NCBI GenBank assembly: GCA_963662795.1
Contig: OY759746.1
Location: forward strand, 1,344,001 to 1,408,000
Length of the DNA stretch: 64,000 bases
Direction of reading: 5' to 3'
Origin: Spirochaetia bacterium
GTDB lineage: Bacteria; Spirochaetota; Spirochaetia; CADAEX01
The position numbers and the translations under genes are program-made. The notes under the pieces were generated by a model that had not been told where the DNA came from, ran no database searches, and saw nothing but the letters and a program-made list of their open reading frames with translations. How positions within the stretch are numbered: the first letter of the stretch is position 1; every line of letters begins with the position of its first letter. Positions 49,860-60,363 of this stretch are shown here, piece by piece.

Positions 49860-50873
49860 ATGCCCTTTTTTATCAATTATCCGACCTGGCTGCACCCTGA
49901 GATAATACCGGGACTCCCTTTCAGATGGTATGGAGTAATGTACATGATTGCATTTCTCCTTTCATACATACTTTTCAGGAAACAGGTAAAAGAAAAAAAC
50001 CTTGATTATTCCGAGGATACAGTTACAAATCTTTTTTTCTGGGCAATCCTGGGCGTTCTTATAGGAGGGCGTGTTTTTTCAACACTCTTCTACGACCAGA
50101 GCGGTAAATACTGGATGAACCCCCTTCTTATATTCTGGCCGTTTGACAGCAATTTCAATTTTACAGGGCTTCAGGGCATGTCCTACCACGGGGGCCTTCT
50201 CGGTGTAATTGCTGCCGTAATTATTTACTGCAGAAAAAACAGGATAAATATTCTTGAAACCGGGGATATGTTTGCAGTTGCAGCCCCCGCCGGATACACA
50301 TTCGGAAGGCTTGGAAACTTTATCAATGGAGAGTTATTCGGGAGGGTCACCTCCTCTCCCTGGGGAATGGTATTCCCTGATGCACCTTCCTTTCCGCTCA
50401 AGGAAGGATGGGTATTTGAAACCGCACTCAAGGCCGGGATCGATGTCACTTCTATCGGTGAATATGTAAACCTGCCGCGCCACCCGAGCCAGCTTTACGA
50501 GGCATTGTTCGAAGGGGTATTATTATGGTTTTTCCTGTGGTTTTTCATGAGAAAAAGAAAACTGCCCAGGGGAACTCTCATCGGAGCATATATAGCAGGT
50601 TACGGGCTTGTCAGATTTTTTATAGAATACTTCAGGGAACCGGACCAGGAAATAGGGTTTATTCTTTCGCTTTCATCAAAACCGGGGCATATCTACAGGT
50701 TTGATTCACTGCTTAATTTTTCTCAGGGGCAGCTTCTGTGCTTTTTTATGATAGCTGGCGGCCTGTTATTTATATATATCCTTAAAAACAATGAGAATAA
50801 GAAAGCCGCGGCGGAAGAGATGCGTGAGACAAAACTGAAAAAAGGGCTTAAAGATTTAAGAAAAAAGAAATAG
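49860..50873 (+). CDS. lgt: Prolipoprotein diacylglyceryl transferase
   Basis: RWYG, GMSYHGG, GRLGNFINGELFGR, HPSQLYE. Confidence 0.97.
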   Translation: MPFFINYPTWLHPEIIPGLPFRWYGVMYMIAFLLSYILFRKQVKEKNLDYSEDTVTNLFFWAILGVLIGGRVFSTLFYDQSGKYWMNPLLIFWPFDSNFNFTGLQGMSYHGGLLGVIAAVIIYCRKNRINILETGDMFAVAAPAGYTFGRLGNFINGELFGRVTSSPWGMVFPDAPSFPLKEGWVFETALKAGIDVTSIGEYVNLPRHPSQLYEALFEGVLLWFFLWFFMRKRKLPRGTLIGAYIAGYGLVRFFIEYFREPDQEIGFILSLSSKPGHIYRFDSLLNFSQGQLLCFFMIAGGLLFIYILKNNENKKAAAEEMRETKLKKGLKDLRKKK

Positions 50874-50878
50874 GGCAG

Positions 50879-50961
50879 GGCCTGTCTTTAGTGCAGACCG
50901 CAAGGCCTGTCTTTAGTGCAGACCGCAAGGCCTGTCTTTAGTGCAGACCGCAAGGCCTGTC
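50879..50961. repeat. 25-bp tandem repeat, three full copies plus 8 bp
   Basis: GGCCTGTCTTTAGTGCAGACCGCAA at 50879, 50904, 50929, then GGCCTGTC. Confidence 0.95.
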
Positions 50962-51789
50962 CAGGCACAGCCCGCCGAGCCGTCCTTCCCTCACTTCTGT
51001 CAGAATTATCCGCGAAACCTTGTCAGTATCTACTTTGCCTCCGGTTACAAGACAACCCCTCTTTTTACCTATTATCTGAAGAAGCTCATCAGGGGCAGTT
51101 TCAACTACTGTCTTAAGTTCTATTCCATACCGCTCGGAAAGATTGACAGGATAGAGTTTTTTAAGCAGCGAAAGGGCTTTTACCGCTATATCATCCCTGT
51201 AAAGAATACTGTCTCTCACACTCCCCAGAATCGCAAGTTTTTCACCCACTTCCTGGTCTTCGAACTTATGCCAGAGTACTCCGGGTGTATCTATCAGGTG
51301 CAGCCGTTCGGAAATTTTCACTTTTTTAAGATCACGGGTTACCCCCGGTTTGTTGCTCACTTCCTGTTTCTTCTTTCCCGCTATATGGTTAAGTATTGCG
51401 GATTTTCCTACATTCGGTACACCGATAATCATTGCCCTTATCGCCCGTTTACCTATCCATTCATATTCGCGGCAGAGATATCTGCTTTTTTCAACAAGCC
51501 CGGAAATGTTCTTTCCCGTTATGGCAGAAACCTGGACAACATCGCTGTTGCCCCTGTTTTTTTTAAAATATTCTTCCCACATTTTTAAAACAGAGCTGTC
51601 TGCCAGGTCCGACTTGTTAAGGACTATAAGAAGAGGTTTGTTTTCTACTATTTTTTCAATCATGGGATTGCGGCTTGACCAGGGGATTCTCGCATCAAGT
51701 ATTTCCAGAACGATATCTGACTTGCCGATATTTTCCCTGATCTGACCGATTCCCTTGTGCATGTGGCCTGGAAACCATTGTACTGGCAT
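50938..51789 (-). CDS. rbgA: Ribosome biogenesis GTPase RbgA/YlqF
   Basis: QWFPGHM, DARIP, NKSDL, GVPNVGKS, DTPGV. Confidence 0.96.
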   Translation of the reverse strand: MPVQWFPGHMHKGIGQIRENIGKSDIVLEILDARIPWSSRNPMIEKIVENKPLLIVLNKSDLADSSVLKMWEEYFKKNRGNSDVVQVSAITGKNISGLVEKSRYLCREYEWIGKRAIRAMIIGVPNVGKSAILNHIAGKKKQEVSNKPGVTRDLKKVKISERLHLIDTPGVLWHKFEDQEVGEKLAILGSVRDSILYRDDIAVKALSLLKKLYPVNLSERYGIELKTVVETAPDELLQIIGKKRGCLVTGGKVDTDKVSRIILTEVREGRLGGLCLDRPCGLH

Positions 51790-51812
51790 AAAAACTCCGG
51801 AATCAAACTATA

Positions 51813-52658
51813 TCAGGAAAGTTTTATTAAAATAAGCCCTGCTGTAATAAGCACTATGCCCATGATTTTACCGGGGGTAATTTTTTCTCTCAGAAAAATT
51901 ATCCCGAGGACGGAACCGATTACAATTGAAAATTCCCTTACCGCAGAAATATATCCTGCATTCGCAAGTTTAAACGCAAAGAGTATCATAAGATATGTCC
52001 CAAGCGCGCCGTAGCCTATTACGATGGAATATTTCCAGCTCTTCTTAAAAGTCTCTTTTATCTGGGGAAGTCCTTTTCTGAAAACAAACGGTGTCATGAG
52101 GGTTAGAGCCATTATGTCTTTTAAATTCAGGTAGGCAACAGGATTGGTGTGGGCAACACCTGCCTTGTCATTTACCGAATAGATTACAATTGATGCGCCG
52201 ACACAAACGGCATAGACAAGCACACTGAAATCACCCTTAAGCAGCTTCCTTTTCAGACTTATTACTATAACCCCAGTAAAAATAAGAGCTATTCCCGCAA
52301 CACCTGCCGGGCTGAAACTCTCACCAAGAAGAAGAAAAGCAAAAATAGCTGTGCCGGCAATTCCCGTGCCCCTTGCAACAGGGTAGACAACGGAGATGTC
52401 CCCCTTTCTGTACCCGAGGTAGAGAAAATAATAATACGATATATGGGCAAATGCGGTAACAGACATGAACCTCAATTCATGCAGTGTCAGTCCGTTGACA
52501 GAGATAATATAAAGCGAAACAGGCAGCAGGGTAAGGTTTGCCATCCATAGGCCCACAAGCGTTATCTGAAGGCTGCCGGAAGCTTTCTTGCTGAAAAAAT
52601 TCCATACTGCATGGGTACACGCTGCAAAAAGAACCAGGAAAAAAACTCTTAATTCCAT
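51813..52658 (-). CDS. EamA/DMT family transporter
   Basis: HAVWN, GDISVVYPVAR, AVRE; about 10 TM. Confidence 0.9.
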   Translation of the reverse strand: MELRVFFLVLFAACTHAVWNFFSKKASGSLQITLVGLWMANLTLLPVSLYIISVNGLTLHELRFMSVTAFAHISYYYFLYLGYRKGDISVVYPVARGTGIAGTAIFAFLLLGESFSPAGVAGIALIFTGVIVISLKRKLLKGDFSVLVYAVCVGASIVIYSVNDKAGVAHTNPVAYLNLKDIMALTLMTPFVFRKGLPQIKETFKKSWKYSIVIGYGALGTYLMILFAFKLANAGYISAVREFSIVIGSVLGIIFLREKITPGKIMGIVLITAGLILIKLS

Positions 52659-52716
52659 TATTTATCCAATTGTCCTGCAAGACATAAATCTATTTACAAA
52701 AAGATCCGTACCGATA

Positions 52717-54399
52717 TTAATTTCTGGAGGATATCTTTCCCCAGGTATCTTTTAATGTAACAGTTCTGTTAAATACCAGCCTGCCGTCTCTGCTGTCGCG
52801 GCTGTCAGGGCAGAAATAACCCTGTCTTAAAAACTGATACCGCATTCCGGGCCTTGCCCCGGCAAGTGAAGGTTCTGCAAGCGCTTTTTCAATTATCTGA
52901 AGAGAGGAAGGATTGATATTATGCACAAATTCGCCGCCCTCTTCAGGGTCGGGCTTTATAAACAGGGTGCTGTAAAGCCTCACTTCACACTCAACAGCAT
53001 CAGCTGCCGAAACCCAGTGAGAGGTCCCTTTTACCTTTCTCCCGTCTTCACTCCAGCCTCCGCGGCTCTTGGGGTCGTATTCGCAGACCACTTCCGTAAC
53101 GTTTCCGCTGTCATCTGTCTTATAGTCAACACACCTGACATAATAGGCATGTTTAAGCCTTATCTCTTTTCCGGGAGAAAGACGGAAATATTTTTTAGGG
53201 GGGTCTATCGTGAAGTCTTCCCTCTCTATGAAGATTTCACGTGAAAAAGGAATTTTTCTGCTGCCCCCGCCATCCGGCTGCTCTGGATTATTTTCCCCGT
53301 CAAGCCATTCTGTTTTATTTTCGGGATAGTTTCTTATTATAACTTTAAGGGGGTCAATAACAACCATTCTCCTGTCAGCGTTTCTGTTCAGGTCTTCCCT
53401 GAGGCAGTATTCAAGAAGCGCATAATCGACAGTACTGTCTGCTTTTGCGACCCCTATGCGGGCTGCAAATTCCCTTAGCGCCTCAGGTGTATAGCCTCTT
53501 CTCCTCAGGCCCGATATTGTAGGCATCCGCGGGTCGTCCCAGCCTGAAACATACCCTTCCTTTACCAGCCGCAGAAGCTTTCTTTTGCTCATTACAACAT
53601 AGGTAAGGTTAAGCCGCGCAAACTCGATCTGCTGCGGCCGGCACGGCGCATCAGCCTCCCTGACTACCCAGTCGTAAAGCGGCCTGTGGTCCTCGAACTC
53701 GAGTGTGCAGATAGAGTGGGTTATTCCTTCAATTGCATCGGATAAGGCATGGGCATAATCATACATCGGATAGATGCACCATTTATCGCCTGTCCTGTGG
53801 TGATGGGCGAACTTTATCCTGTAGATTACAGGGTCCCTCATATTGAGATTGGGGGATGCCATATCTATTTTTGCCCGGAGGACACAATCACCTTCCTTAA
53901 AATCCCCTTTCCTCATTTTTTCAAACAGCTCAAGGTTTTCATCAACTGTCCTGTTCCTGTCCGGGCTTTCCTTCCCCGGTTCTGTAAGGGTTCCCCTGTA
54001 CTCTCTTGTTTTTTCAGCGTCAAGCGTATCGACATAGGCAAGTCCTTTTTTGATAAGCACCAAAGCATACCCGTAGAGCCTATCAAAATAGTCTGAAGCA
54101 TAAAACATTTTATCGCCCCAGTCAAAACCGAGCCATTTAACGTCTGTTTTTATCGATTCAATATATTCAACTTCCTCTTTTTCAGGATTTGTATCGTCAA
54201 AGCGCAGATGTGTAACTCCGCCGTACTGCCTGGCCAGGCCGAAATTGAGGCAGATTGATTTTGCGTGTCCTATATGAAGATACCCGTTGGGTTCAGGCGG
54301 AAACCGTGTTACAACCCTGCCGTTGTTTTTACCGGCGCTGATATCCTCCTCAATAATTCTCTGAATAAAGTTTTTTAGCAGATTTGTGTTTTCGTCCAT
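52717..54399 (-). CDS. glnS: Glutaminyl-tRNA synthetase (start probably ATG 54399)
   Basis: [35 protein letters not shown]. Confidence 0.97.
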   Translation of the reverse strand: MDENTNLLKNFIQRIIEEDISAGKNNGRVVTRFPPEPNGYLHIGHAKSICLNFGLARQYGGVTHLRFDDTNPEKEEVEYIESIKTDVKWLGFDWGDKMFYASDYFDRLYGYALVLIKKGLAYVDTLDAEKTREYRGTLTEPGKESPDRNRTVDENLELFEKMRKGDFKEGDCVLRAKIDMASPNLNMRDPVIYRIKFAHHHRTGDKWCIYPMYDYAHALSDAIEGITHSICTLEFEDHRPLYDWVVREADAPCRPQQIEFARLNLTYVVMSKRKLLRLVKEGYVSGWDDPRMPTISGLRRRGYTPEALREFAARIGVAKADSTVDYALLEYCLREDLNRNADRRMVVIDPLKVIIRNYPENKTEWLDGENNPEQPDGGGSRKIPFSREIFIEREDFTIDPPKKYFRLSPGKEIRLKHAYYVRCVDYKTDDSGNVTEVVCEYDPKSRGGWSEDGRKVKGTSHWVSAADAVECEVRLYSTLFIKPDPEEGGEFVHNINPSSLQIIEKALAEPSLAGARPGMRYQFLRQGYFCPDSRDSRDGRLVFNRTVTLKDTWGKISSRN

Positions 54400-54541
54400 A
54401 ATTTTTTCCTGTTTTTTATATTGTTGATATATTTCCAATACTTTCGCCGTAACAAACTGCTTCTGCATGTTTGAAGCAGGGAATCATTTTCCTGAATATC
54501 TGCTGCAGAAACCGGCCCCTTTACCACCGGTGCAGGATTTT

Positions 54542-55423
54542 TTATCTTGCGATCAGATCAAAAAGCCTCTCAAGATCTTCCCTTGAAAAGTATGATATTT
54601 CAATCTTACCCTTGGTAAGGCTTCCGTTAAGATTTACCCTTGTTCCCAGCGCGTCAATAAGCTGCTGCTCAAGATTCATCACATCGGGACTTTTCTTCTT
54701 CTGAAGCTGCTCTTTTTTTTCCCCGGTTCCGTGGAGGCTTCTCATGCCGTTGTTAAGGTCCGAAGACTGTTTTTCAGCTTCCCTGACCGAAAGGCCCCCG
54801 TTAATAATTCTGTTAAAAAGGATTCTCTGGTCAGCGGGGTTAATAACTGAAAGCACTGCCCTTGCGTGTCCTGCTGATATTTCGCCTGACGAAAGTGCGT
54901 CCTGCATGTCCTGAGGCATTTTAAGGAGTCTCAGGCTGTTCGCAATTGTCGAGCGGTTTTTTCCTATCTTTTTGGAAAGTTCATCCTGAGCCAGGTTATA
55001 ACCTGTAATAAGGGTCTGGTATGCTTTTGCCTCTTCAATCGGGGAGAGGTCTTCCCGCTGAATATTTTCAATCAGCGCAATTTCGTATTTTTCCTCTTCT
55101 GTAAAATTCTTTTCAATAACAGGGATTTTTTTAAGACCTGCAATGCCTGAAGCCCTGAACCGTCTTTCCCCTGCAATTATTATATATCTGTCCCCTTTCT
55201 TCTCAACAAGGATCGGCTGAAGCACCCCTTTTTCCCTTATCGATTCCGCAAGCTCATCAAGCATCTCAGCATTGAACTCTTTACGCGGCTGGTTGGGATT
55301 CGGGACAATCTTATCAATATCTATATAAAGTCCAATAGCTCCAATCTTCTCTTCTGACAGCGTTTCATCAGATACAGACTGGAACAGCGCTTCAAGTCCT
55401 TTGCCGAGAGCTCTTTTAGACAC
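54542..55423 (-). CDS. parB: Chromosome partitioning protein ParB/Spo0J
   Basis: LGKGLEAL, PNQPRK, GERRFRA, ENIQRED, RSTIANSLRLL. Confidence 0.96.
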   Translation of the reverse strand: MSKRALGKGLEALFQSVSDETLSEEKIGAIGLYIDIDKIVPNPNQPRKEFNAEMLDELAESIREKGVLQPILVEKKGDRYIIIAGERRFRASGIAGLKKIPVIEKNFTEEEKYEIALIENIQREDLSPIEEAKAYQTLITGYNLAQDELSKKIGKNRSTIANSLRLLKMPQDMQDALSSGEISAGHARAVLSVINPADQRILFNRIINGGLSVREAEKQSSDLNNGMRSLHGTGEKKEQLQKKKSPDVMNLEQQLIDALGTRVNLNGSLTKGKIEISYFSREDLERLFDLIAR

Positions 55424-56171
55424 GGTTAATTACCTCTTCTGAAAGTTTTTTGTAGCTTCTTGCGCCGGTCGAATCATCACGGTAGAGACTTATGGGAAGG
55501 CCGTGGGACGGGGCTTCCGACAGGGCTACGTTCCGGGGAATTACAGTTCTGAATACTTTCTCCCTGAAATACCCTGTGACATTTTTTACAACTTCATTGG
55601 CAAGATTTGTTCTTGTATCATACATGGTAAAAACTATACCGCCGATTGATAGTTTTTTATTAAGTTCCCGCTGTATTCCCGCGATTGTCTGGACAAGCAG
55701 AGTAAGTCCTTCAAGAGCAAAATATTCGCATTGAAGAGGAATAATTACATGGTCTGCGGCAACAAGCCCGTTAAGGGTAAGAATCCCCAGCGAAGGCGGG
55801 CTGTCAATAAATATATAGTCATACCTGTTTTTTATTTTTTCAATTATTTTTTTAAGATAGTATTCCTTGTCTTCCTGATCAACAAGTTCAATATTTGCTC
55901 CTGTCAGGTTGATATTGGCAGCTACAGCAGAAAGGTTTTCAACCGGTGTTTTCTGGATAACGTCTTCTATTTCAGCCTTACCCGATAAAACCTCGTATAT
56001 TCCCGCTTTTTTTTTATCAATGCCAAGACTTGAGGAGAGGTTTCCCTGAGGGTCAAAGTCAACAAGAAGTGTTTTCTTTCCCGCGTCAGCTATATATGCG
56101 CCAAGATTTACCGCTGTAGTAGTTTTTCCTACTCCGCCTTTCTGATTTGCAAATACTATGATTTTTCCCAT
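55416..56171 (-). CDS. parA: Chromosome partitioning ATPase ParA/Soj
   Basis: NQKGGVGKTT, DPQGN, DSPPSLG, QCEYFALEG, EAPSHG. Confidence 0.96.
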   Translation of the reverse strand: MGKIIVFANQKGGVGKTTTAVNLGAYIADAGKKTLLVDFDPQGNLSSSLGIDKKKAGIYEVLSGKAEIEDVIQKTPVENLSAVAANINLTGANIELVDQEDKEYYLKKIIEKIKNRYDYIFIDSPPSLGILTLNGLVAADHVIIPLQCEYFALEGLTLLVQTIAGIQRELNKKLSIGGIVFTMYDTRTNLANEVVKNVTGYFREKVFRTVIPRNVALSEAPSHGLPISLYRDDSTGARSYKKLSEEVINRV

Positions 56172-56283
56172 TTAGAGTTATTATATAGTAAAAACATTTG
56201 TTTGTCTTTAAGTTAAAATAAACTTGACTATTAATATGATAATTGTAATCTTTATTATATATTTTAGATTGCCGGAGAAAAAC

Positions 56284-56508
56284 ATGCTTATAGATGATGT
56301 TAAAAAAGCTGTAGAAGATGTTCGTCCAAGCCTTAAGGCTGATGGAGGAGACATAGAGTTTGTAAGTGTCAGCGATGACGGAAAAGTCAAGGTAAAGCTG
56401 AAAGGTGCCTGCCACGGATGTCCTATGGCCCAGGTTACACTCAAACAGGGTGTTGAAAAATATATCAAAGGTAAGATTCCTGCAGTTGTATCTGTTGACG
56501 CTGTTTAA
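56284..56508 (+). CDS. Stand-alone NifU C-terminal (Nfu) domain protein
   Basis: RPSLKADGGDIE, GACHGCP; GGAG SD before ATG 56284. Confidence 0.92.
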   Translation: MLIDDVKKAVEDVRPSLKADGGDIEFVSVSDDGKVKVKLKGACHGCPMAQVTLKQGVEKYIKGKIPAVVSVDAV

Positions 56509-56567
56509 GCGCAAAAGACGCATCATTTTTTTCATTAAATCATACTGATATATTGCAAATAATATTT

Positions 56568-56605
56568 AGGGGATTTATGCTTTGAAAGTATAAATCCCTT
56601 TTTTT
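56568..56605 (+). terminator. Long intrinsic terminator downstream of the Nfu gene
   Basis: AGGGGATTTATGCTT..AAGTATAAATCCCTT followed by a T run. Confidence 0.75.
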
Positions 56606-56721
56606 ATGTATTAAATTTGTTTGACTAATTTTTATCCGATTTAATGCCGTTATTGTAATAATGATAAATTTATTTTTACATTTCAGCCTTATTGTGTTTA
56701 AATACTAGGTAAGAGAGAAAC

Positions 56722-57768
56722 ATGGAAGTTAAAGAAACCTTGACCAGGGAGCAGAAAGATTTCAAAACTCTTCTGCTTAGACTGCCTAAAACTGAAATAC
56801 ACCTCCATCTCGAGGGAACAGCTTCTGTTGAAACAATATGGTCGCTGATGAAGAAAAACAATCTCAACCACACTGACATCTCAAATAAAGAAGATCTTAA
56901 AAAGAAATTCCAGATAACAAATCTTGAAGAGTTTATCGATCTTTTCATCAATGTTATACAGAGTAGTTTTTCAACTGAAAATGACATTGAATATCTAATA
57001 AACGATGCCGGTGAATATCTTAAGAAAAGCAACACTGTTTATTCTGAAATATTTTTCGCTCCCTCTAAATTCGTTTCAATGGGATTTGATTTCGGGAAAA
57101 TGATAAAAATCCTTGAAAAAGGAACCAGGACAATAATGGACAGGCACGGTATCGAAGTTAAATACATTATTGATGTATCAAGAAGCTTCGGTTTTGATAA
57201 CGCAATGGCGAACCTTGATCTAGTTATTGACAACCCTTCAGAATCAGTCATTGGAATAGGGCTGGGGGGGTCAGAGACAAAAGGGCCGGCCAGGGATTTT
57301 AAACAGGTTTTTGAAAAGGCTGTTTCGCACGGTTTTCATGTTGTGGCCCATGCCGGAGAAGATGTAGGACCTGAGTCTGTATGGGACGCTTTAAATCTGC
57401 TGAAAGCGGAAAGGATAGGACATGGAATAAGTTCTATACTTGATGAAAAACTGATGAAATACCTTGAAGAAAAACAAATTCCTCTTGAAATTTGCCCCAC
57501 AAGCAATCTTTTTACCAGAAAATATGCGCAATCACTTGAAGAGCATCCTGTAAGGAAGTTTTTTGACAGAAATATGAATGTAACAATAAACACGGATGAT
57601 CCGACTCTTTTTTCAGTAAACCTTATAGAAGAATACATGACTCTTTATAATAAAAGAATATTTACCGGCAGTGAGATAGTTAAACTGATTAAGAATAATA
57701 TTTATGCGACTTTTCTTCCTGATGCTAAAAAAGACAAAATCTGGAAAGAGTGCGAATCCAAACTCTAA
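56722..57768 (+). CDS. add: Adenosine/adenine deaminase
   Basis: LPKTEIHLHLEG, HAGE, RIGHG, CPTSN, NTDDP. Confidence 0.93.
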   Translation: MEVKETLTREQKDFKTLLLRLPKTEIHLHLEGTASVETIWSLMKKNNLNHTDISNKEDLKKKFQITNLEEFIDLFINVIQSSFSTENDIEYLINDAGEYLKKSNTVYSEIFFAPSKFVSMGFDFGKMIKILEKGTRTIMDRHGIEVKYIIDVSRSFGFDNAMANLDLVIDNPSESVIGIGLGGSETKGPARDFKQVFEKAVSHGFHVVAHAGEDVGPESVWDALNLLKAERIGHGISSILDEKLMKYLEEKQIPLEICPTSNLFTRKYAQSLEEHPVRKFFDRNMNVTINTDDPTLFSVNLIEEYMTLYNKRIFTGSEIVKLIKNNIYATFLPDAKKDKIWKECESKL

Positions 57769-57770
57769 AA

Positions 57771-57786
57771 TGTTTCACGTGAAACA
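57771..57786. promoter_or_regulatory. parS centromere site
   Basis: Exact TGTTTCACGTGAAACA palindrome near parAB and dnaA. Confidence 0.93.
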
Positions 57787-57789
57787 TTA

Positions 57790-60228
57790 TTATTCTTCTT
57801 CGGCATCAGTTGAAACTCTGGCAATTCCTACAAGAAAATCAGGCTTTACAATATTGACGACCCTGACACCGCTGGCTGCCTTGCCCTGAATTGATATTTC
57901 TTCAACACTCAATCTTATGGTAGTGCCCTGTGAAGAGCTGCACATCAGTTCGTCTGTTTCACTTACAGAAAGAACCCCGATAATTTCACCTGTTTTCTCT
58001 GTTGTTTTATAGGCAACCTGGCCCCTTGTTCTTGTCCCGTGATGCTGAAAAAGGTTGTAGTCTATCCTTTTTCCATAGCCGTTCTCTGTTATGATAAGAA
58101 TTTTTTCAGTTTCATTAATGGAAAGGAGTCCTGTAACTTCATCTCCGGGTTTAAGCTTCATCCCGGTAACGCCCCTAGAAGTTCTCCCCGAAGCCCTTAT
58201 GTTCTTTTCGCTGTATCGCAGCGCATTGCCGCGTCTTGTCATAAGTACTATATCCTGCTCTCCGTTTGTAAGGATTGCGTTTACCAGGCTGTCTCCGGGT
58301 CTTAAGTCAATTGCCCTTATTCCCCTTGTTTTGGCATTGGAAAAGGATGAAGTAGTTACTTTTTTTACAAGGCCCTGTCTTGTTCCCATAAAAATAAAGC
58401 CTTTATCGGAAAATTCGTTTATTGAAACAACCGCGTTGATATCTTCATTGGGGGAAATCGCAAAAAGTGTTCTTACAATTGTTCCCCTTGATGCTTTTGA
58501 CGCTTCAGGGATCTCGTGGACCTTAAGCCAGAAAGCTTTACCTTCACTTGTAATAAAAAGGATATAGTCATGGGTAGATGCTATAAAAAGATGCTCGACA
58601 AAATCTTCGTTTTTGAGTTTCGCGGAAGAAATCCCTTTACCGCCTCGCGCCTGGTTTTTATAGGCTGAAACCGGTATTCTCTTTATAAAACCCTTATTGG
58701 AAATAAGGACAACCATATCCTCTTTCTGGATCATATCCTCGATATTTATTTCTTCAATCTCATCTGAAACTATCTCTGTTTTTCTTTTATTGCCGTATTT
58801 TTCTGATATTTCCCTGGTTTCCTTTGAAATAACATCAAGAATCATTGATTCGCTTGCAAGAAGTTCTTTAAGATATTTTATCAGGGCCATAATCTCTTCA
58901 AGCTCTTCAAGGATCTTCTTTGTCTCAAGAGATGTTATTTTCTGCAGTTTCATGTCAAGGATGGCCTGAGATTGTATTTCGGAAAGACCGAAAGTATCCA
59001 TCAGGGCTATTCTTGCTGCATCCACATTCTCTGATTCCTTGATGATCCTGATTACTTCATCTATATTCTCAAGCGCTATTTTAAGCCCTTCAAGGATGTG
59101 GGCCTTTTCCTCCGCTTTCCTTAAGTCATACTGGGACCTTCTTACAATTACCTCTTTTCTGTGGCTGATAAATATTTCAAGAAGATCTTTCAGATTCAAA
59201 AGCTTAGGCATCCCGCCGACAAGGGCAAGATTGTTGATGTTGAAATTCTGCTGCAGGCTGGTATGGGAAAAGAGCTGGTTTAAAATTACCTTAGGGATAA
59301 CCCCTTTTTTAAGCTCTATCATAATCCTCATTCCATCGCGGTCAGATTCATCCCTTAGATCTGAAATTCCGTCAATTTTCTTTGATTTCACAAGGTCTGC
59401 AATCCTGATTATGAGATTGCTTTTATTTACCATGTAAGGTATTTCTGTGACTATTATCCTGTCTTTCCCTGAAGCTGTCGTTTCAAGGGTGAACCTTGAC
59501 CGGACAGTAATTTTCCCTCTCCCTGTTCTGAATGCATCCTTAATCCCTTTCCGTCCGAAAATTATACCGCCGGTAGGGAAATCAGGCCCTTTTACATGCT
59601 GCATAAGCTCTGCCTGATCCATATCAGGTTTTTCAATAAGAGCTATCAATGCAGAACAAACTTCTGCCAGGTTGTGAGGCGCCATATTTGTCGCCATACC
59701 GACAGCGATTCCGCTTGTGCCGTTGATTAACAGATTGGGAAGGGCTGTAGGAAGAACGAGGGGCTCTTTCATGGAATCATCGTAATTGGGACCAAAGTCC
59801 ACTGTTTCTTTTTTTATGTCTTTAAGTATTTCTTCCGTAATTTTTTCAAGCTTTGCTTCAGTGTACCTCATGGCGGCGGGGGGGTCGCCGTCAACAGAAC
59901 CGAAGTTGCCCTGTCCGCGGACAAGGGGGTATCTAAGCGAAAAATCCTGGGCAAGCCTTACAAGTGCATCATATATGGACTGATCCCCGTGGGGATGGTA
60001 TTTACCAAGAACATCTCCGACTATTCTTCCGCATTTTTTAAAATCCCTGTCATAATGAAGCCCCATTTCACTCATGGCAAAAAGGATTCTTCTGTGTACA
60101 GGTTTAAGCCCGTCTCTTGCGTCAGGAAGCGCCCTGCTTACTATGACGCTCATGGCGTATGTAAGATATGATTCTTTTACTTCGTCTTCAACCGAAACCG
60201 GTATAATACGTCCTGTTAGATCACCCAA
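57790..60228 (-). CDS. gyrA: DNA gyrase subunit A (start probably TTG 60228)
   Basis: [25 protein letters not shown], GyrA box QARGGKG. Confidence 0.98.
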   Translation of the reverse strand: MGDLTGRIIPVSVEDEVKESYLTYAMSVIVSRALPDARDGLKPVHRRILFAMSEMGLHYDRDFKKCGRIVGDVLGKYHPHGDQSIYDALVRLAQDFSLRYPLVRGQGNFGSVDGDPPAAMRYTEAKLEKITEEILKDIKKETVDFGPNYDDSMKEPLVLPTALPNLLINGTSGIAVGMATNMAPHNLAEVCSALIALIEKPDMDQAELMQHVKGPDFPTGGIIFGRKGIKDAFRTGRGKITVRSRFTLETTASGKDRIIVTEIPYMVNKSNLIIRIADLVKSKKIDGISDLRDESDRDGMRIMIELKKGVIPKVILNQLFSHTSLQQNFNINNLALVGGMPKLLNLKDLLEIFISHRKEVIVRRSQYDLRKAEEKAHILEGLKIALENIDEVIRIIKESENVDAARIALMDTFGLSEIQSQAILDMKLQKITSLETKKILEELEEIMALIKYLKELLASESMILDVISKETREISEKYGNKRKTEIVSDEIEEINIEDMIQKEDMVVLISNKGFIKRIPVSAYKNQARGGKGISSAKLKNEDFVEHLFIASTHDYILFITSEGKAFWLKVHEIPEASKASRGTIVRTLFAISPNEDINAVVSINEFSDKGFIFMGTRQGLVKKVTTSSFSNAKTRGIRAIDLRPGDSLVNAILTNGEQDIVLMTRRGNALRYSEKNIRASGRTSRGVTGMKLKPGDEVTGLLSINETEKILIITENGYGKRIDYNLFQHHGTRTRGQVAYKTTEKTGEIIGVLSVSETDELMCSSSQGTTIRLSVEEISIQGKAASGVRVVNIVKPDFLVGIARVSTDAEEE

Positions 60229-60363
60229 GTTTTCCCCCAAAAACAATATATAATTGTTTTGATATATTTTTTATTTTACATATTATAGATTAGTGTATCA
60301 TTATACCTATCTGTTAAGGGTATGTCCGGCCCCTGCTTCACTACGTCCTATCAATACCCTTAA

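Noticed and set aside
50879-50961. Possible mini CRISPR array
   Set aside because: Repeats are head-to-tail with no spacers, and no cas genes are present
50941-51588. 215-aa plus-strand ORF
   Set aside because: Antisense to rbgA; its start derives from the tandem repeat
56510-56721. Purine riboswitch upstream of add
   Set aside because: No purine aptamer consensus recognisable; the long hairpin is explained as the Nfu gene terminator
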